Positions 8,069-17,137 of a DNA stretch of 51,149 nt are shown one piece after another. The DNA comes from a bacterium (GTDB taxonomy: Bacteria; Vulcanimicrobiota; Vulcanimicrobiia; Vulcanimicrobiales; Vulcanimicrobiaceae). The first letter of the stretch is position 1. Each line of letters starts with the position of its first letter. The DNA lies in the NCBI GenBank assembly GCA_021806945.1, contig JAKAPQ010000001.1, positions 1-51,149 of the forward strand, given 5' to 3'. The notes beneath the pieces were generated by a model. That model was not told the DNA's origin and searched no databases. It worked only from the letters and a program-made list of their open reading frames with translations. The position numbers and the translations under genes were made by a program.

Positions 8069-10118
8069 GATTCCCTCCGGTATACGGCTCTCCCAGCCGG
8101 ACCTCGATCATCTGCGAGCCGCGCTGCAGCTCGAACGAGTGCGGTTTCCCGTCGTAGGCGCGAAGTTCCGTTTGATAGGTTCCATAATCCCACCAATACT
8201 TTCCGTCGAGTTTCTCGACGACGTCGTTAGTGCGCATGCCGGCATCGTAGGCGGGGCCTCCGGCCCGGACGAAGCAGCGCATGTTGCCGTCGACCGTTTT
8301 GAACAGCGCGAAAAAATAGGTCGGCTTGTCGCCGGGAGCCCAGGCAACGCCGTGCGCGAAGAGATTATGCGCGTGCCGGGGATGGGCCGCGCTCCAGCGG
8401 CGCATCCGCGCCAGCCCCTGCAGGGCCAGACGCTTCACGTCGGCCGGTTGCGGGCCGTTGCGAAAGACCTCGTGGTCGTGCCACTCGTCGACCTCCCAAC
8501 CGCCGCAATCGCTCAGCCGCACGCCGATGTCGAGATCGGTGCCCTCGATCAGCTTGAACGTCGTTGCGGTCGCGGTCACGAACGCGGCATAGCGTTTCGC
8601 GCTGCAACCGGTTGCATTCGGATCGGCGCCGGAAGGGAAGGCGCGCACGCTTTGCCGCCAGAGGTTGAGGCCGCGGACGATGGTCGCCGCCGCGAGCCTC
8701 CCCGCCGCGCTTCCATCGCTGCCGACCCCAACGCGATAGGCCGCGCCGGATGGCGCGAACAGCCCGGGAAACGCCGGCGCGGCGGTCGCTGCCGGCTCGG
8801 CCGCGGCCGCCTGCGCAAGCATGGCGGCGAACGGGCGCAGGCCGAAAAGCGCAGAGGATGCGGCCACGACGGCTATGCACGCCGCGGTCGCGACGGCAAC
8901 TTGATAGGGAAGCGTGCGCTTCGTTATCTCGGCAATCGGTACGCCCGTGAAGTTGGCCACCCAGACGTTGGACGTATTGGTCGGATCGCAGACGTTCTGT
9001 ACTTGCACGACGGCCATGATCGCCGCAACCAAAATGACGGGCGGGAACACGTGCCCTACCAGCAGTGCGGTGAAGACCGCGATGCCGACGCCGAAGGGGT
9101 TGAGCGGGCCGCGATAGAGTACGAGAGGGCTGGCGAGGCCGAAGAGTGCGACGAACGCAAACGGGTTACGCAGCGCCCCCGCCTCCGCAAGCGGCCGCAG
9201 CGCGGCCGCGAACTGGGGCGTCTTGGTGGCGACGAGCAGCATGCCGATGCCCATGAACAGGACGATCGCCGGTGCGACGTCTTCGACGCCGCGGATTGCC
9301 GCCGCCGCAAGCGTCTGCACCACGAGCCGCGGTCTGGTTGCGAGCGCTCCGTAGAGCGCCGCAAGGATAAACGCCAGCGCCGGATCGAGATGGAAGCCGA
9401 AGTAGAGCGCGATCGGAAGAACGGGCGTTACGAGCGACCACCAGGGTAGCGCGCGGCCTTTTTCGCCGCCGGGCGGGGCGGCGACCGCCCAGGCGGCATA
9501 GCCCCGGCCCGCGCGAAACGACGCGGCCGCGTACGCGAGCAGCGCGACGAGGTCGATCGCCGCCAGGAGCAGCGCGTACGGAAGCATCTGCTGCGGCGTG
9601 ACGCCGAAGAACTGCGTGTAAAATTTCCAGTTTACGATGTTGAAGATGAATCCGAGCGCGAAGGCCATCAAGAACATCGTCGCGGCGATCTTTCGCGGTA
9701 CGCCCGTCGTCATCATGACCGGCAATACGATCGAGCCCACCATGATGATCGCGCCGAGCCCCGAGAGCGAAACGAAGAGCGCGGCGACGGCCGCGCTCAG
9801 TATCAGCGCCACGACCGGCGGGCGATCGCCGCCGAACTCGGCGGCGAAGTTGACGATGCTGCGCGCGATGCCCGTATCCAGCGTGACGCGGCCGAGCATC
9901 GCTCCAAAAATGACGGTAACGTATACCGAGGCCAACGACGCCGCGCCCGCGACGACGATCGTGGCCGCGCCGTTCCACGGTACGCCGGCGGCCAGCGCCA
10001 TGCCGACCGCCATGGCCGGAAGGGCCAGGAGCGCGGGCACGACGCGCGCGAACATGAGCGCGGCGAAGAGCAGAAAGACGGCCAGGATCGCCGCGCCGCT
10101 AAGCATCGCAGCCGCCAT
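7797..10118 (-). CDS. ion-transporter-superfamily-like permease (CitMHS/GntP/DcuC-like, ~450 aa, ~12 TM) fused to a ~250-aa soluble C-terminal region ending in a PDZ-like module
   Basis: The first ~450 aa carry many hydrophobic helices. The C-terminal segment 'FVRAGGPAYDAGMRTNDVVEKLDG...FELQRGSQMIEVRL' fits the PDZ pattern. The last ~90 codons (7797-8068) overlap the M20 gene and are Arg/Ala/Gly-rich, so the true 3' end is uncertain. Confidence 0.7.
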   Translation of the reverse strand: MAAAMLSGAAILAVFLLFAALMFARVVPALLALPAMAVGMALAAGVPWNGAATIVVAGAASLASVYVTVIFGAMLGRVTLDTGIARSIVNFAAEFGGDRPPVVALILSAAVAALFVSLSGLGAIIMVGSIVLPVMMTTGVPRKIAATMFLMAFALGFIFNIVNWKFYTQFFGVTPQQMLPYALLLAAIDLVALLAYAAASFRAGRGYAAWAVAAPPGGEKGRALPWWSLVTPVLPIALYFGFHLDPALAFILAALYGALATRPRLVVQTLAAAAIRGVEDVAPAIVLFMGIGMLLVATKTPQFAAALRPLAEAGALRNPFAFVALFGLASPLVLYRGPLNPFGVGIAVFTALLVGHVFPPVILVAAIMAVVQVQNVCDPTNTSNVWVANFTGVPIAEITKRTLPYQVAVATAACIAVVAASSALFGLRPFAAMLAQAAAAEPAATAAPAFPGLFAPSGAAYRVGVGSDGSAAGRLAAATIVRGLNLWRQSVRAFPSGADPNATGCSAKRYAAFVTATATTFKLIEGTDLDIGVRLSDCGGWEVDEWHDHEVFRNGPQPADVKRLALQGLARMRRWSAAHPRHAHNLFAHGVAWAPGDKPTYFFALFKTVDGNMRCFVRAGGPAYDAGMRTNDVVEKLDGKYWWDYGTYQTELRAYDGKPHSFELQRGSQMIEVRLGEPYTGGNRDEDRRADRRLLRRARERVPRRVEGVDRDTVDQRGSRVSRAGAALLRAFGRSNAGGRHGVGVARNRRQPARLRAVAGRAGQADDAGLRAL

Positions 10119-10127
10119 ACGATACGC

Positions 10128-12137
10128 TCAGCGCGATGCCGCGCTCCGGCGCAAGCGCAGTACGCGATCGAGCGGCGGGAAAAGCCTGGCGCGCACGTAG
10201 TCCTCATAGGTCATGACGTCGATGTCGTGGCCCCACGCGATCGCCTGCTGCGCCGCCATGTGGTAGCGCTCGAGGTTGTCCGCCAGATGGCCGCTGCGGC
10301 TTTCGTATCGCCACGCACGTTCGTAGAGCGGGGCGAGCCCTTCGTAATCGTCCCGCAGTTCCCAGAACCAGTACTTGCACCAGTAGAGGTCCCGAATCGT
10401 CCGGCTATGCGGCTTGCCGGTTTGAGCGCGGGCGTCGTCGTAGTAATACCGTACCTCGCGCGCGATCTGAAACTTTCGGGCGAGCACGTCGTAGCGCCGC
10501 GCCGCGAGAAACATCACGCGGGCCGCTTCGGCGTGGAGAGGAGGCGCGTGCCGCAGCAGGTGCTCTTCGACGGCCTCCGCTTCGAGCCGCACGGCGTGCA
10601 GATCGACCTTGTTCATGCGCGCGGCGATGCTCGGATCGAAGGGATCGGCCCAGAAAAGGTAGTCGGTCGTATCGTACGGATCCGCCGTCAGGCGGGTTTG
10701 AACGTCGGCGAGTTTCGCGACGTCCATCGCGTAACGCGGGTCGTCGCTGCCGAAAAACGCGCGCGGAAAATCGCTCGCAAAACGTCGCGGCTCGACCGGC
10801 TCCCGGTCCCACGCCGAACTCGCCGCATACAGCACCGGGTACCACGTGGCTTGGTAGAGCGTCTCCCCGTCGTCGTTCCACACCGTCTGAAACAGCCCCA
10901 TAACGTGCGCCCGTATGCCTTCGGTTATAAAGCGGCGCTCGTTGACCAGGGCCGCGTTGACGTCGGGGAAGATCTCGCTCCAGTTGCGGTCGCCGGGGGC
11001 AACCATCTGCGCAAAGCCGCCGTTCGCGATCAATTTTATATACGGGAGAAACGTCTTGTTGTCGCCGTAGTGCCAGTTGACGATCACAACGTTCTTGGGC
11101 AGCAGGCGCAGGATCGGCGGATGCTGCTCGATTGCGTCGTCCCACAGCATCAGACGCGCACCGGACGGCGCGATCAAGGCGTTCATCTGGTCCACGTGAT
11201 CGGCGAAGACGCGGGCGAAGCCCAAACGCGCGACGAGAGCCTTGCTTTGGCCTTGGCCCAGCATCGACGGCTCGTCCGAGCCGATGTGGAAGAAGACGGG
11301 GCGGCCGACGGCGTGCAACTCGTCCCGGATCAGCGTCGAAACGTAGGATAGCGAGAGCGGCGACGCCGGGCTCAGCAAGAACCCGTGCGGCAGCTCGGCC
11401 ACACTCGCGTAGCGTTCGTATTTCAGCGTGCCGTGCATGTGTGCGAACGTCTGCTGCTCGGGAATGAAAGCGACGTGAAAGCGCTTGGCGTAGGCGGCGA
11501 GTTCGCGCAGCTGCGCCGGCGTAATCCCATCGAGCGGCGCGGGGAGCGGATCGTGCGGGTCGACGAAGACGTTTTCCATATACGGCGAGTAGCCGTTCAT
11601 CTTGTAGAATGCGATCGTCCGGATGCGCTCTTTGAAGTACCGCATCGTCGGCAGGGGCCCGCGTGAAACGTCGTCGGAGAGAATCCGCCAGCGCAGCGCC
11701 GGGGCGTCCTCGACGCGCACGCAAGGCATCCGCCAGGTTCCCGTGCGCTGCGGAAGTTGCGCGAGCGTCATGGCGGCGTAAAACGCGCCCGCCGCGTCGC
11801 CCGCGCGTATAGTTACGCGAGATCCGTCCGTTTCGAGCTCGTACGCCTGCGGTGGGAGCGCCGCACGCTCCACCACGACGTCGGGATGCGCCGACCAGCG
11901 CAGCGGCGGTATGCCTAGCGCCTTCCAACGCCGGTCGATCAGGTCCAGCGCGCCCGGATCGAACGCCGAGCTCACCGTCGAGGGCATCGGGCGCGTCCCG
12001 GCCGGCGCGGCGCACCGCACGAAGGCGACGCGGTTGGGTTCGGGTAACAGATGAAACGACTCGCCGGGGCTCGCGGCGAGGCCCGCAGGCAAGACGGCAG
12101 CACCGAGAATGCAGACGATCGGCATGAGGCGACGCAT
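10128..12137 (-). CDS. secreted glycoside hydrolase family 20-like protein (beta-N-acetylhexosaminidase-like)
   Basis: Signal peptide MRRLMPIVCILGAAVLPAGLAA. TIM-barrel-like region with 'FHIGSDEP', resembling the GH20 H-x-G-x-D-E catalytic motif. The stop lies 9 nt before the permease start. Confidence 0.7.
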   Translation of the reverse strand: MRRLMPIVCILGAAVLPAGLAASPGESFHLLPEPNRVAFVRCAAPAGTRPMPSTVSSAFDPGALDLIDRRWKALGIPPLRWSAHPDVVVERAALPPQAYELETDGSRVTIRAGDAAGAFYAAMTLAQLPQRTGTWRMPCVRVEDAPALRWRILSDDVSRGPLPTMRYFKERIRTIAFYKMNGYSPYMENVFVDPHDPLPAPLDGITPAQLRELAAYAKRFHVAFIPEQQTFAHMHGTLKYERYASVAELPHGFLLSPASPLSLSYVSTLIRDELHAVGRPVFFHIGSDEPSMLGQGQSKALVARLGFARVFADHVDQMNALIAPSGARLMLWDDAIEQHPPILRLLPKNVVIVNWHYGDNKTFLPYIKLIANGGFAQMVAPGDRNWSEIFPDVNAALVNERRFITEGIRAHVMGLFQTVWNDDGETLYQATWYPVLYAASSAWDREPVEPRRFASDFPRAFFGSDDPRYAMDVAKLADVQTRLTADPYDTTDYLFWADPFDPSIAARMNKVDLHAVRLEAEAVEEHLLRHAPPLHAEAARVMFLAARRYDVLARKFQIAREVRYYYDDARAQTGKPHSRTIRDLYWCKYWFWELRDDYEGLAPLYERAWRYESRSGHLADNLERYHMAAQQAIAWGHDIDVMTYEDYVRARLFPPLDRVLRLRRSAASR

Positions 12138-12217
12138 CCGCGTTGCCTTACCCGTCCCCTCAGCGGGTTCCCTCTCGCGGCATCGCGGCCGCGCGCTTTA
12201 GGACGGAGTTGGACGCA

Positions 12218-14296
12218 ATGCCTCGCGACCTTCCTCTCGGCAACGGCAGCTTGCTCGTCAATTTTGACCGGTCCTACAACATCCGAGACATCTTCTATCC
12301 GCACGTCGGGAGCGAGAATCACGTCTGCGGCTATTACTGCCGGCTGGGCGTCTGGGCCGACGGATCCTTCGCCTGGGTTGCCGACGACGGCTGGCAGCGC
12401 GAACTGCGGTACGAAGACGATACTCTGGTTACGAACGTCAGGCTTACGCATCCACGGCTCAACGTATCGATCCACGTAACCGACGCCGTCGACTTCGCTC
12501 GGCCGCTCCTGGTACGGCGCTTTGCGATTGCGCCCGGCGGGGCGTCCGACGTCCGGCTCTTCCTCGGGCTCGACCTGCGCATATACGGCAATCCCATCGG
12601 CGACACCGCGCTGTACAAGCCCGACGCCAAAGCCTTGATTCACTACAAGGAATCGCGCTATTTTCTGCACGGCGGCATCGGCCGAAACGGCGCGCTCGAC
12701 GATTGGGCCTGCGGCCAAAAGGACTTCAACTTCCAAGAAGGCACTTGGCGAGACGCGGAGGACGGCGAACTCTCGCGCAACCCGATCGCGCAGGGTTCGG
12801 TCGATTCGGTCATCGCGCTGCACGCGAACGAAGCCGCGCAGGAAGAGCGCGTTCTGTATGCGTGGCTGGCGCTGGGCAAGGATATGAACGCCGTCGAGTA
12901 TCTGAACGAGCGCCTGCGCGACGACCCGGAGATTTTCGTCGAGCGCACGCGCAACTATTGGTCGCTTTGGTCGAACAAGGATCGAGCGGATTTCGGCCCG
13001 ATGCCCGGCGCGCTCGTTACGCAGTACACGCGCAGCCTCTTGACCATCCGGACGCAGATCGACGACGGCGGCGGCATCCTCGCCGCAAACGATTCGGACA
13101 ACCAGGCCTATAACGGCGATACGTATTCCTACGTGTGGCCGCGCGACGGCGCGCTTGTATCGTTCGCGCTGGACGAGGCCGGGCGCCACGAGCTCGCGAG
13201 CGCGTTCTATCGGTTCTGCGGGCGGATCGTTCACGAGGGCGGCTACTTCCAGCACAAGTACAATCCGGATGGGACGCTGGCGTCCTCGTGGCATCCGTAC
13301 GAAGTCGACGGACGCCCTCGACTGCCCATCCAGGAAGACGAGACCGCGCTCGTGGTGTGGAGCCTCTGGCATCACTTCGATCACACGCGATCGATCGAAT
13401 CGATTCGCGAGCTCTACGGCCCGCTGGTCGTCGCGGCGGGAACGTTTCTATCCGAGTACGTCGACGGGAGCGGGCTCTGCAAAGCCTCGTACGATCTATG
13501 GGAAGAGCGCTGGGGCGTCCACGCGTTTACCGTCGGCGCCGTCTTCGGCGGTTTGCAGGCGGCCGCGAACTTCGCGCAGGCTTTCGGGGAAGAGGCCGAC
13601 GCAAAGCGTTTCGCCGCCGCCGCCGCCCGCTTGCAAGAAGAGGTCGTCGAGCGCTTCTTCGACGCGGAGGCGGGGCGCTTCGCGCGCATGATCGGCGTTG
13701 ACGACGAGGGCCGGTTCGCGCCGGACTGGACGCCCGACGCCGCCGTCTTCGGCCTGTTTGCGTTCGGACTGCTGGACGTGAACGACGAACGCTTCACCGC
13801 GGCAGCCGACGCGCTGTTCGACAGCCTTTGGGTCGAGACCGGCGTCGGTGGGTACGCTCGTTACGCCGGCGATTCATACTATCGCGTTCCGGAGGCACGC
13901 GCGAACGTTCCCGGCAACCCGTGGTTCATCTGCACGCTCTGGAAAGCGCGCTACGCGATCGCGCGCGCGCGCACGGCGGACGATCTCAAGAAGACGCTGC
14001 CGCTGCTGCAGTGGGTGGTGGACCACGCGCTGCCCAGCGGCATTCTATCCGAGCAAATAGATCCGCTCACCGGAGACCCCGTCTCCGTCTCGCCCCTGAC
14101 CTGGAGCCACGCGGAGTACGTCACGGCCTTTCTCGCCTATTTGGATAAGCTCTCGACGCTCGACATCTGCCCGGCCTGCCATCGGCCGCTCTACATGCGC
14201 GAACACCGGCGCCTGGCCGAGCAGCACCTCTCGGCAGCGGCGCTCGGCAGCGGCGCAACGGCTAAGCCGCGCCGGGCCATGCGCCGACACCCCTAG
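12218..14296 (+). CDS. glycoside hydrolase family 15 (glucoamylase/glucodextranase/trehalase-like)
   Basis: The N-terminus 'LPLGNGSLLVNFD...IRDIFYPHVG' and the (alpha/alpha)6 region 'YSYVWPRDGA', 'DLWEERWG', 'LSEQIDP.TG...SPLTWSHA' are GH15 hallmarks. I chose the ATG at 12218, preceded by AGGACGGAG. Confidence 0.85.
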   Translation: MPRDLPLGNGSLLVNFDRSYNIRDIFYPHVGSENHVCGYYCRLGVWADGSFAWVADDGWQRELRYEDDTLVTNVRLTHPRLNVSIHVTDAVDFARPLLVRRFAIAPGGASDVRLFLGLDLRIYGNPIGDTALYKPDAKALIHYKESRYFLHGGIGRNGALDDWACGQKDFNFQEGTWRDAEDGELSRNPIAQGSVDSVIALHANEAAQEERVLYAWLALGKDMNAVEYLNERLRDDPEIFVERTRNYWSLWSNKDRADFGPMPGALVTQYTRSLLTIRTQIDDGGGILAANDSDNQAYNGDTYSYVWPRDGALVSFALDEAGRHELASAFYRFCGRIVHEGGYFQHKYNPDGTLASSWHPYEVDGRPRLPIQEDETALVVWSLWHHFDHTRSIESIRELYGPLVVAAGTFLSEYVDGSGLCKASYDLWEERWGVHAFTVGAVFGGLQAAANFAQAFGEEADAKRFAAAAARLQEEVVERFFDAEAGRFARMIGVDDEGRFAPDWTPDAAVFGLFAFGLLDVNDERFTAAADALFDSLWVETGVGGYARYAGDSYYRVPEARANVPGNPWFICTLWKARYAIARARTADDLKKTLPLLQWVVDHALPSGILSEQIDPLTGDPVSVSPLTWSHAEYVTAFLAYLDKLSTLDICPACHRPLYMREHRRLAEQHLSAAALGSGATAKPRRAMRRHP

Positions 14297-14297
14297 T

Positions 14298-15302
14298 ATG
14301 GGCGCGATCTTAGCCACCGCGGCGGCGGCGCTCGCTCTAGCGGGCCTAGCGGTCTACGAGATATTCGGGCGCTATGCACGGGCGCGCGAAGAGAGCCGTC
14401 GCGTGCGGGAGTTGTTTTCGCGCTACGTTACGCCGCAGGTGGTGGAGGGACTGCTCGCCCGCAAAGACCCCCGCTTGTTCGAAGCGCACGAGTATTACGC
14501 GACGATCCTTTCGTGCAGGATTCGAAATTATGCGCTCTTCGCGGAGAACCTAACGCCCGAAGAGACGCTGCGCTATCTCAACGAGTTCCACGCGATCGCC
14601 GGCAACGCCATCGGAAGCCATGGCGGTATGATCGAGAGCTTGCGCGGCGACGGCATCACGGGCGTCTTCGGCGTGCTGATCGATAAGCCGTTTCAAGAAG
14701 AGCGCGCATTGCGCGCTTGCCTCGACATCGTGCGTATGGTCAGCGCCATGAACGCTCGCTGGCAAGCGCAGGAGCGCCAGCCGTTCGACGTGACGATCGG
14801 CGTGAACTCCGGAAAAATCGTTGCGGGCGACGTTGGTTTTCAGCAACGCCGGGAGTATGCGATCGTGGGCAATCCCGCACAGGTCGCCGCGCGCCTGCAG
14901 GAAGCGGCCGAGGACCTGAACGCGTACGTGCTCGCCTCGGCGAGTACGTTCGACCCCGTCGCCGACCTGTTCGTCGGGGTTCCGGCAAGCACGGTTCCGC
15001 TGCGCGGGCTGAAGCGGCTGGCGCAGGCATATATCGTGCGCGGACTCGCGAAGGATGCGAACGACCGGCTGCGCATGCCGGCCGAACGGGATTTCGCGCG
15101 GACCGTCGTTCGCGGTGCGGCGGAAGCCGAAACGTCGCCGCCTCCGCCGCCTCCGCCGCCGCCGCTTCCGCCGCATCCCTCGGAACCGGCTATGCCTGCG
15201 TTCTCGAGCGTAGACGACGAGTTGCCCGCGATGCCCCCGCCGCCGCCGCTGATCGGCACCTACGAAGACGGTCAGGGGCCGCCGGTACAACTGCCGCCGT
15301 AG
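14298..15302 (+). CDS. membrane-anchored class III nucleotidyl cyclase homology domain protein, probably catalytically degenerate, with a polyproline C-terminal tail
   Basis: One N-terminal TM helix. The CHD-like core is 'ATILSCRIRNYALF...HGGMIESLRGDGITGVFG...IGVNSGKIVAGDVG...YAIVGNPAQVAARLQ'. The first metal-binding Asp position is Arg and the transition-state Asn position is Gln. The tail reads PPPPPPPPPLPP...MPPPPP. Confidence 0.75.
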   Translation: MGAILATAAAALALAGLAVYEIFGRYARAREESRRVRELFSRYVTPQVVEGLLARKDPRLFEAHEYYATILSCRIRNYALFAENLTPEETLRYLNEFHAIAGNAIGSHGGMIESLRGDGITGVFGVLIDKPFQEERALRACLDIVRMVSAMNARWQAQERQPFDVTIGVNSGKIVAGDVGFQQRREYAIVGNPAQVAARLQEAAEDLNAYVLASASTFDPVADLFVGVPASTVPLRGLKRLAQAYIVRGLAKDANDRLRMPAERDFARTVVRGAAEAETSPPPPPPPPPLPPHPSEPAMPAFSSVDDELPAMPPPPPLIGTYEDGQGPPVQLPP

Positions 15303-15336
15303 CGGGCATTTCTCGAACGAAGCGAAACACATATCC

Positions 15337-16254
15337 GTGGAAGACGCAGAGCGGCTCATGGCTCGCGTACGGGCCGGCGATGCCGGCGCGTTCGAGGAGC
15401 TCTACGACGCTCACAACCGTCTCGTTTACCGCGTCTCCCTGCAGATTCTTGCGAACGTGGAAGGCGCGGAAGACGTGACGCAGGCGGTGTTCTTGAACAT
15501 CTGGAGCGCTCCCGGCGCCTTTCAGCGCGGTGATCTTCCGGTGTGGATCGCCCGCGTGACGCGCAAGCGCGCGCTCGACCTGCTTCGGAGCAAGCCCGTT
15601 CGCTCGGAAGGCGAGTTCCCCGAAGCGTCGCTGAACGCGGCGGCAGGAGCGGTTCCCGGTTCGCGGCTGAAGCAATCGATCATGAGCCGCGTTCGCGCCG
15701 ATGCAATTCGGTCGCGCGCCGCGGAACTTCCCGCCGCAGCGCCCTTCCGGGCGCCTCGCCCGATCGTCTGGCCGGCGTACCTGGTGGCGGCGGCATGTCT
15801 CGCGATCGCGCTCATTTCGTCTGCTGCGAACATCTCGATGAGCGGGCAGCTGCGCCGGGCGCAGATGCGCGTCGCGCAGACATCCGGGCGATCACGCGAA
15901 CTTGCGCGCGGTCTCGCGAGACAGCAGCAGATGCTTGCTGACCTGGTCTCGGTGCGTTCGCGGCGCTATGCGGTCCCGTACGGCGAGGTCATAAAGCGCG
16001 GCGCGCACGTCTACCTTGCGATGAGCGGCATGCCGATGCCGCCGAAGGGGCACGTGTACCAAGCGTGGACGCAGCATGCCGGTGCGGAACGGATGTCGCC
16101 ATCGCTCACGTTCGTGCCCAACCGCAACGGTACGGCGGTCGTCGCTCTGCCCGTCGACGGGAAGTCGATCGTCGCGGTTGCCGTAAGCGCCGAGCCGAAC
16201 GGCGGCAGCAACCAACCGACGAGCGTGCCGGCATTCGTCGTCAAACTGACTTGA
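15337..16254 (+). CDS. fusion protein: ECF sigma-70 region 2, then a TM helix, then an RskA-type anti-sigma-K C-terminal domain; no sigma region 4
   Basis: Residues 1-~95 are 'FEELYDAHNRLVYRVSLQIL...AEDVTQAVFLNIW...WIARVTRKRALDLLR', i.e. sigma regions 2.1-2.4. No HTH region 4 follows. A TM helix (WPAYLVAAACLAIALISSAA) comes next. The C-terminus 'HVYQAWT...VAVAVSAEPNGGSNQPTS' matches the RskA domain pattern. Confidence 0.7.
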   Translation: MEDAERLMARVRAGDAGAFEELYDAHNRLVYRVSLQILANVEGAEDVTQAVFLNIWSAPGAFQRGDLPVWIARVTRKRALDLLRSKPVRSEGEFPEASLNAAAGAVPGSRLKQSIMSRVRADAIRSRAAELPAAAPFRAPRPIVWPAYLVAAACLAIALISSAANISMSGQLRRAQMRVAQTSGRSRELARGLARQQQMLADLVSVRSRRYAVPYGEVIKRGAHVYLAMSGMPMPPKGHVYQAWTQHAGAERMSPSLTFVPNRNGTAVVALPVDGKSIVAVAVSAEPNGGSNQPTSVPAFVVKLT

Positions 16255-17078
16255 CGGCCGCCGGCGCCAAGGCGCTCGACGATACGAACGTCCGCGCCGC
16301 TATCGCGTACCTCGCGCGCGCGCCGTACGAAAACGTCTTCCTCAGCTGGTTGATCGAGCGAGACCCGTGGGTCGATACGCGTGCGGCGACCTACGTCTAC
16401 ACGGGTGGCGGAACGGTCTGCGGCGTTGCGTATTTCGGGCGCCAGGTCGTCCTCGCCGCCGAGGGCGACGATGCCGTTGCCGCATTTGCCGCTATTGCGC
16501 CAGGCTACCCACACGAACGGATGATCGTCGGCCGGCGCGAAACCGTCGCGCGCTACTGGAAGATCGTACGCGGCTGTCACGTCCCGCCTCGCATCGTCCG
16601 AGACGAGCAGCCGCTCCTCATGGTCGACCGTGGAACCCTGCGCGGCGCCTCCGGCAGCGTGCTCGTTCGGCGTGCGACGCCGGCGGAATGGGAGGCCGTG
16701 GCGCGTAACTCGGCTCGCATGATCCAAGCCGAGCTCGAGTACGACCCACGCGCATACGGGTCGGCGTTCGACGCGAACGTCCGGCGGATGATCGACGCCG
16801 GGCTCTGGTGGGTCGGCGAATACGCGGGAGAGCTCTGTTTTTTCTGCAACGCCGGACCGCATAGCGACCGTACGCTGCAACTACAGGGCATCTGGGTGCC
16901 GCCCGCGCTCCGCGGGCACGGTCTCGCGAGCGCGGCGCTCTTCGGCGTCTGCGAGCGATTGCTGGAGAACGTCCCGACAATCTCGCTCTACGTCAACGGG
17001 TTCAACGTGCGTGCGCTCGCACTCTACGAGCGCACCGGGTTTACGCGCGTCGGTGAGTTTACCACGCTGCTCTTCTAA
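16251..17078 (+). CDS. GNAT-family N-acetyltransferase
   Basis: TTG start overlaps the upstream TGA (TTGA). The C-terminal acetyl-CoA-binding pattern is 'LQGIWVPPALRGHGLASAAL...YVNGFNVRALALYERTGF'. The 62 N-terminal codons of the tracked ORF overlap the previous gene and are discarded. Confidence 0.75.
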   Translation: MTAAGAKALDDTNVRAAIAYLARAPYENVFLSWLIERDPWVDTRAATYVYTGGGTVCGVAYFGRQVVLAAEGDDAVAAFAAIAPGYPHERMIVGRRETVARYWKIVRGCHVPPRIVRDEQPLLMVDRGTLRGASGSVLVRRATPAEWEAVARNSARMIQAELEYDPRAYGSAFDANVRRMIDAGLWWVGEYAGELCFFCNAGPHSDRTLQLQGIWVPPALRGHGLASAALFGVCERLLENVPTISLYVNGFNVRALALYERTGFTRVGEFTTLLF

Positions 17079-17137
17079 TCTCTGCGGTGCGACGGCGCCG
17101 CAACGCTCCCCGCCGGCCGGCGGTTGAAGAGCGCGTG

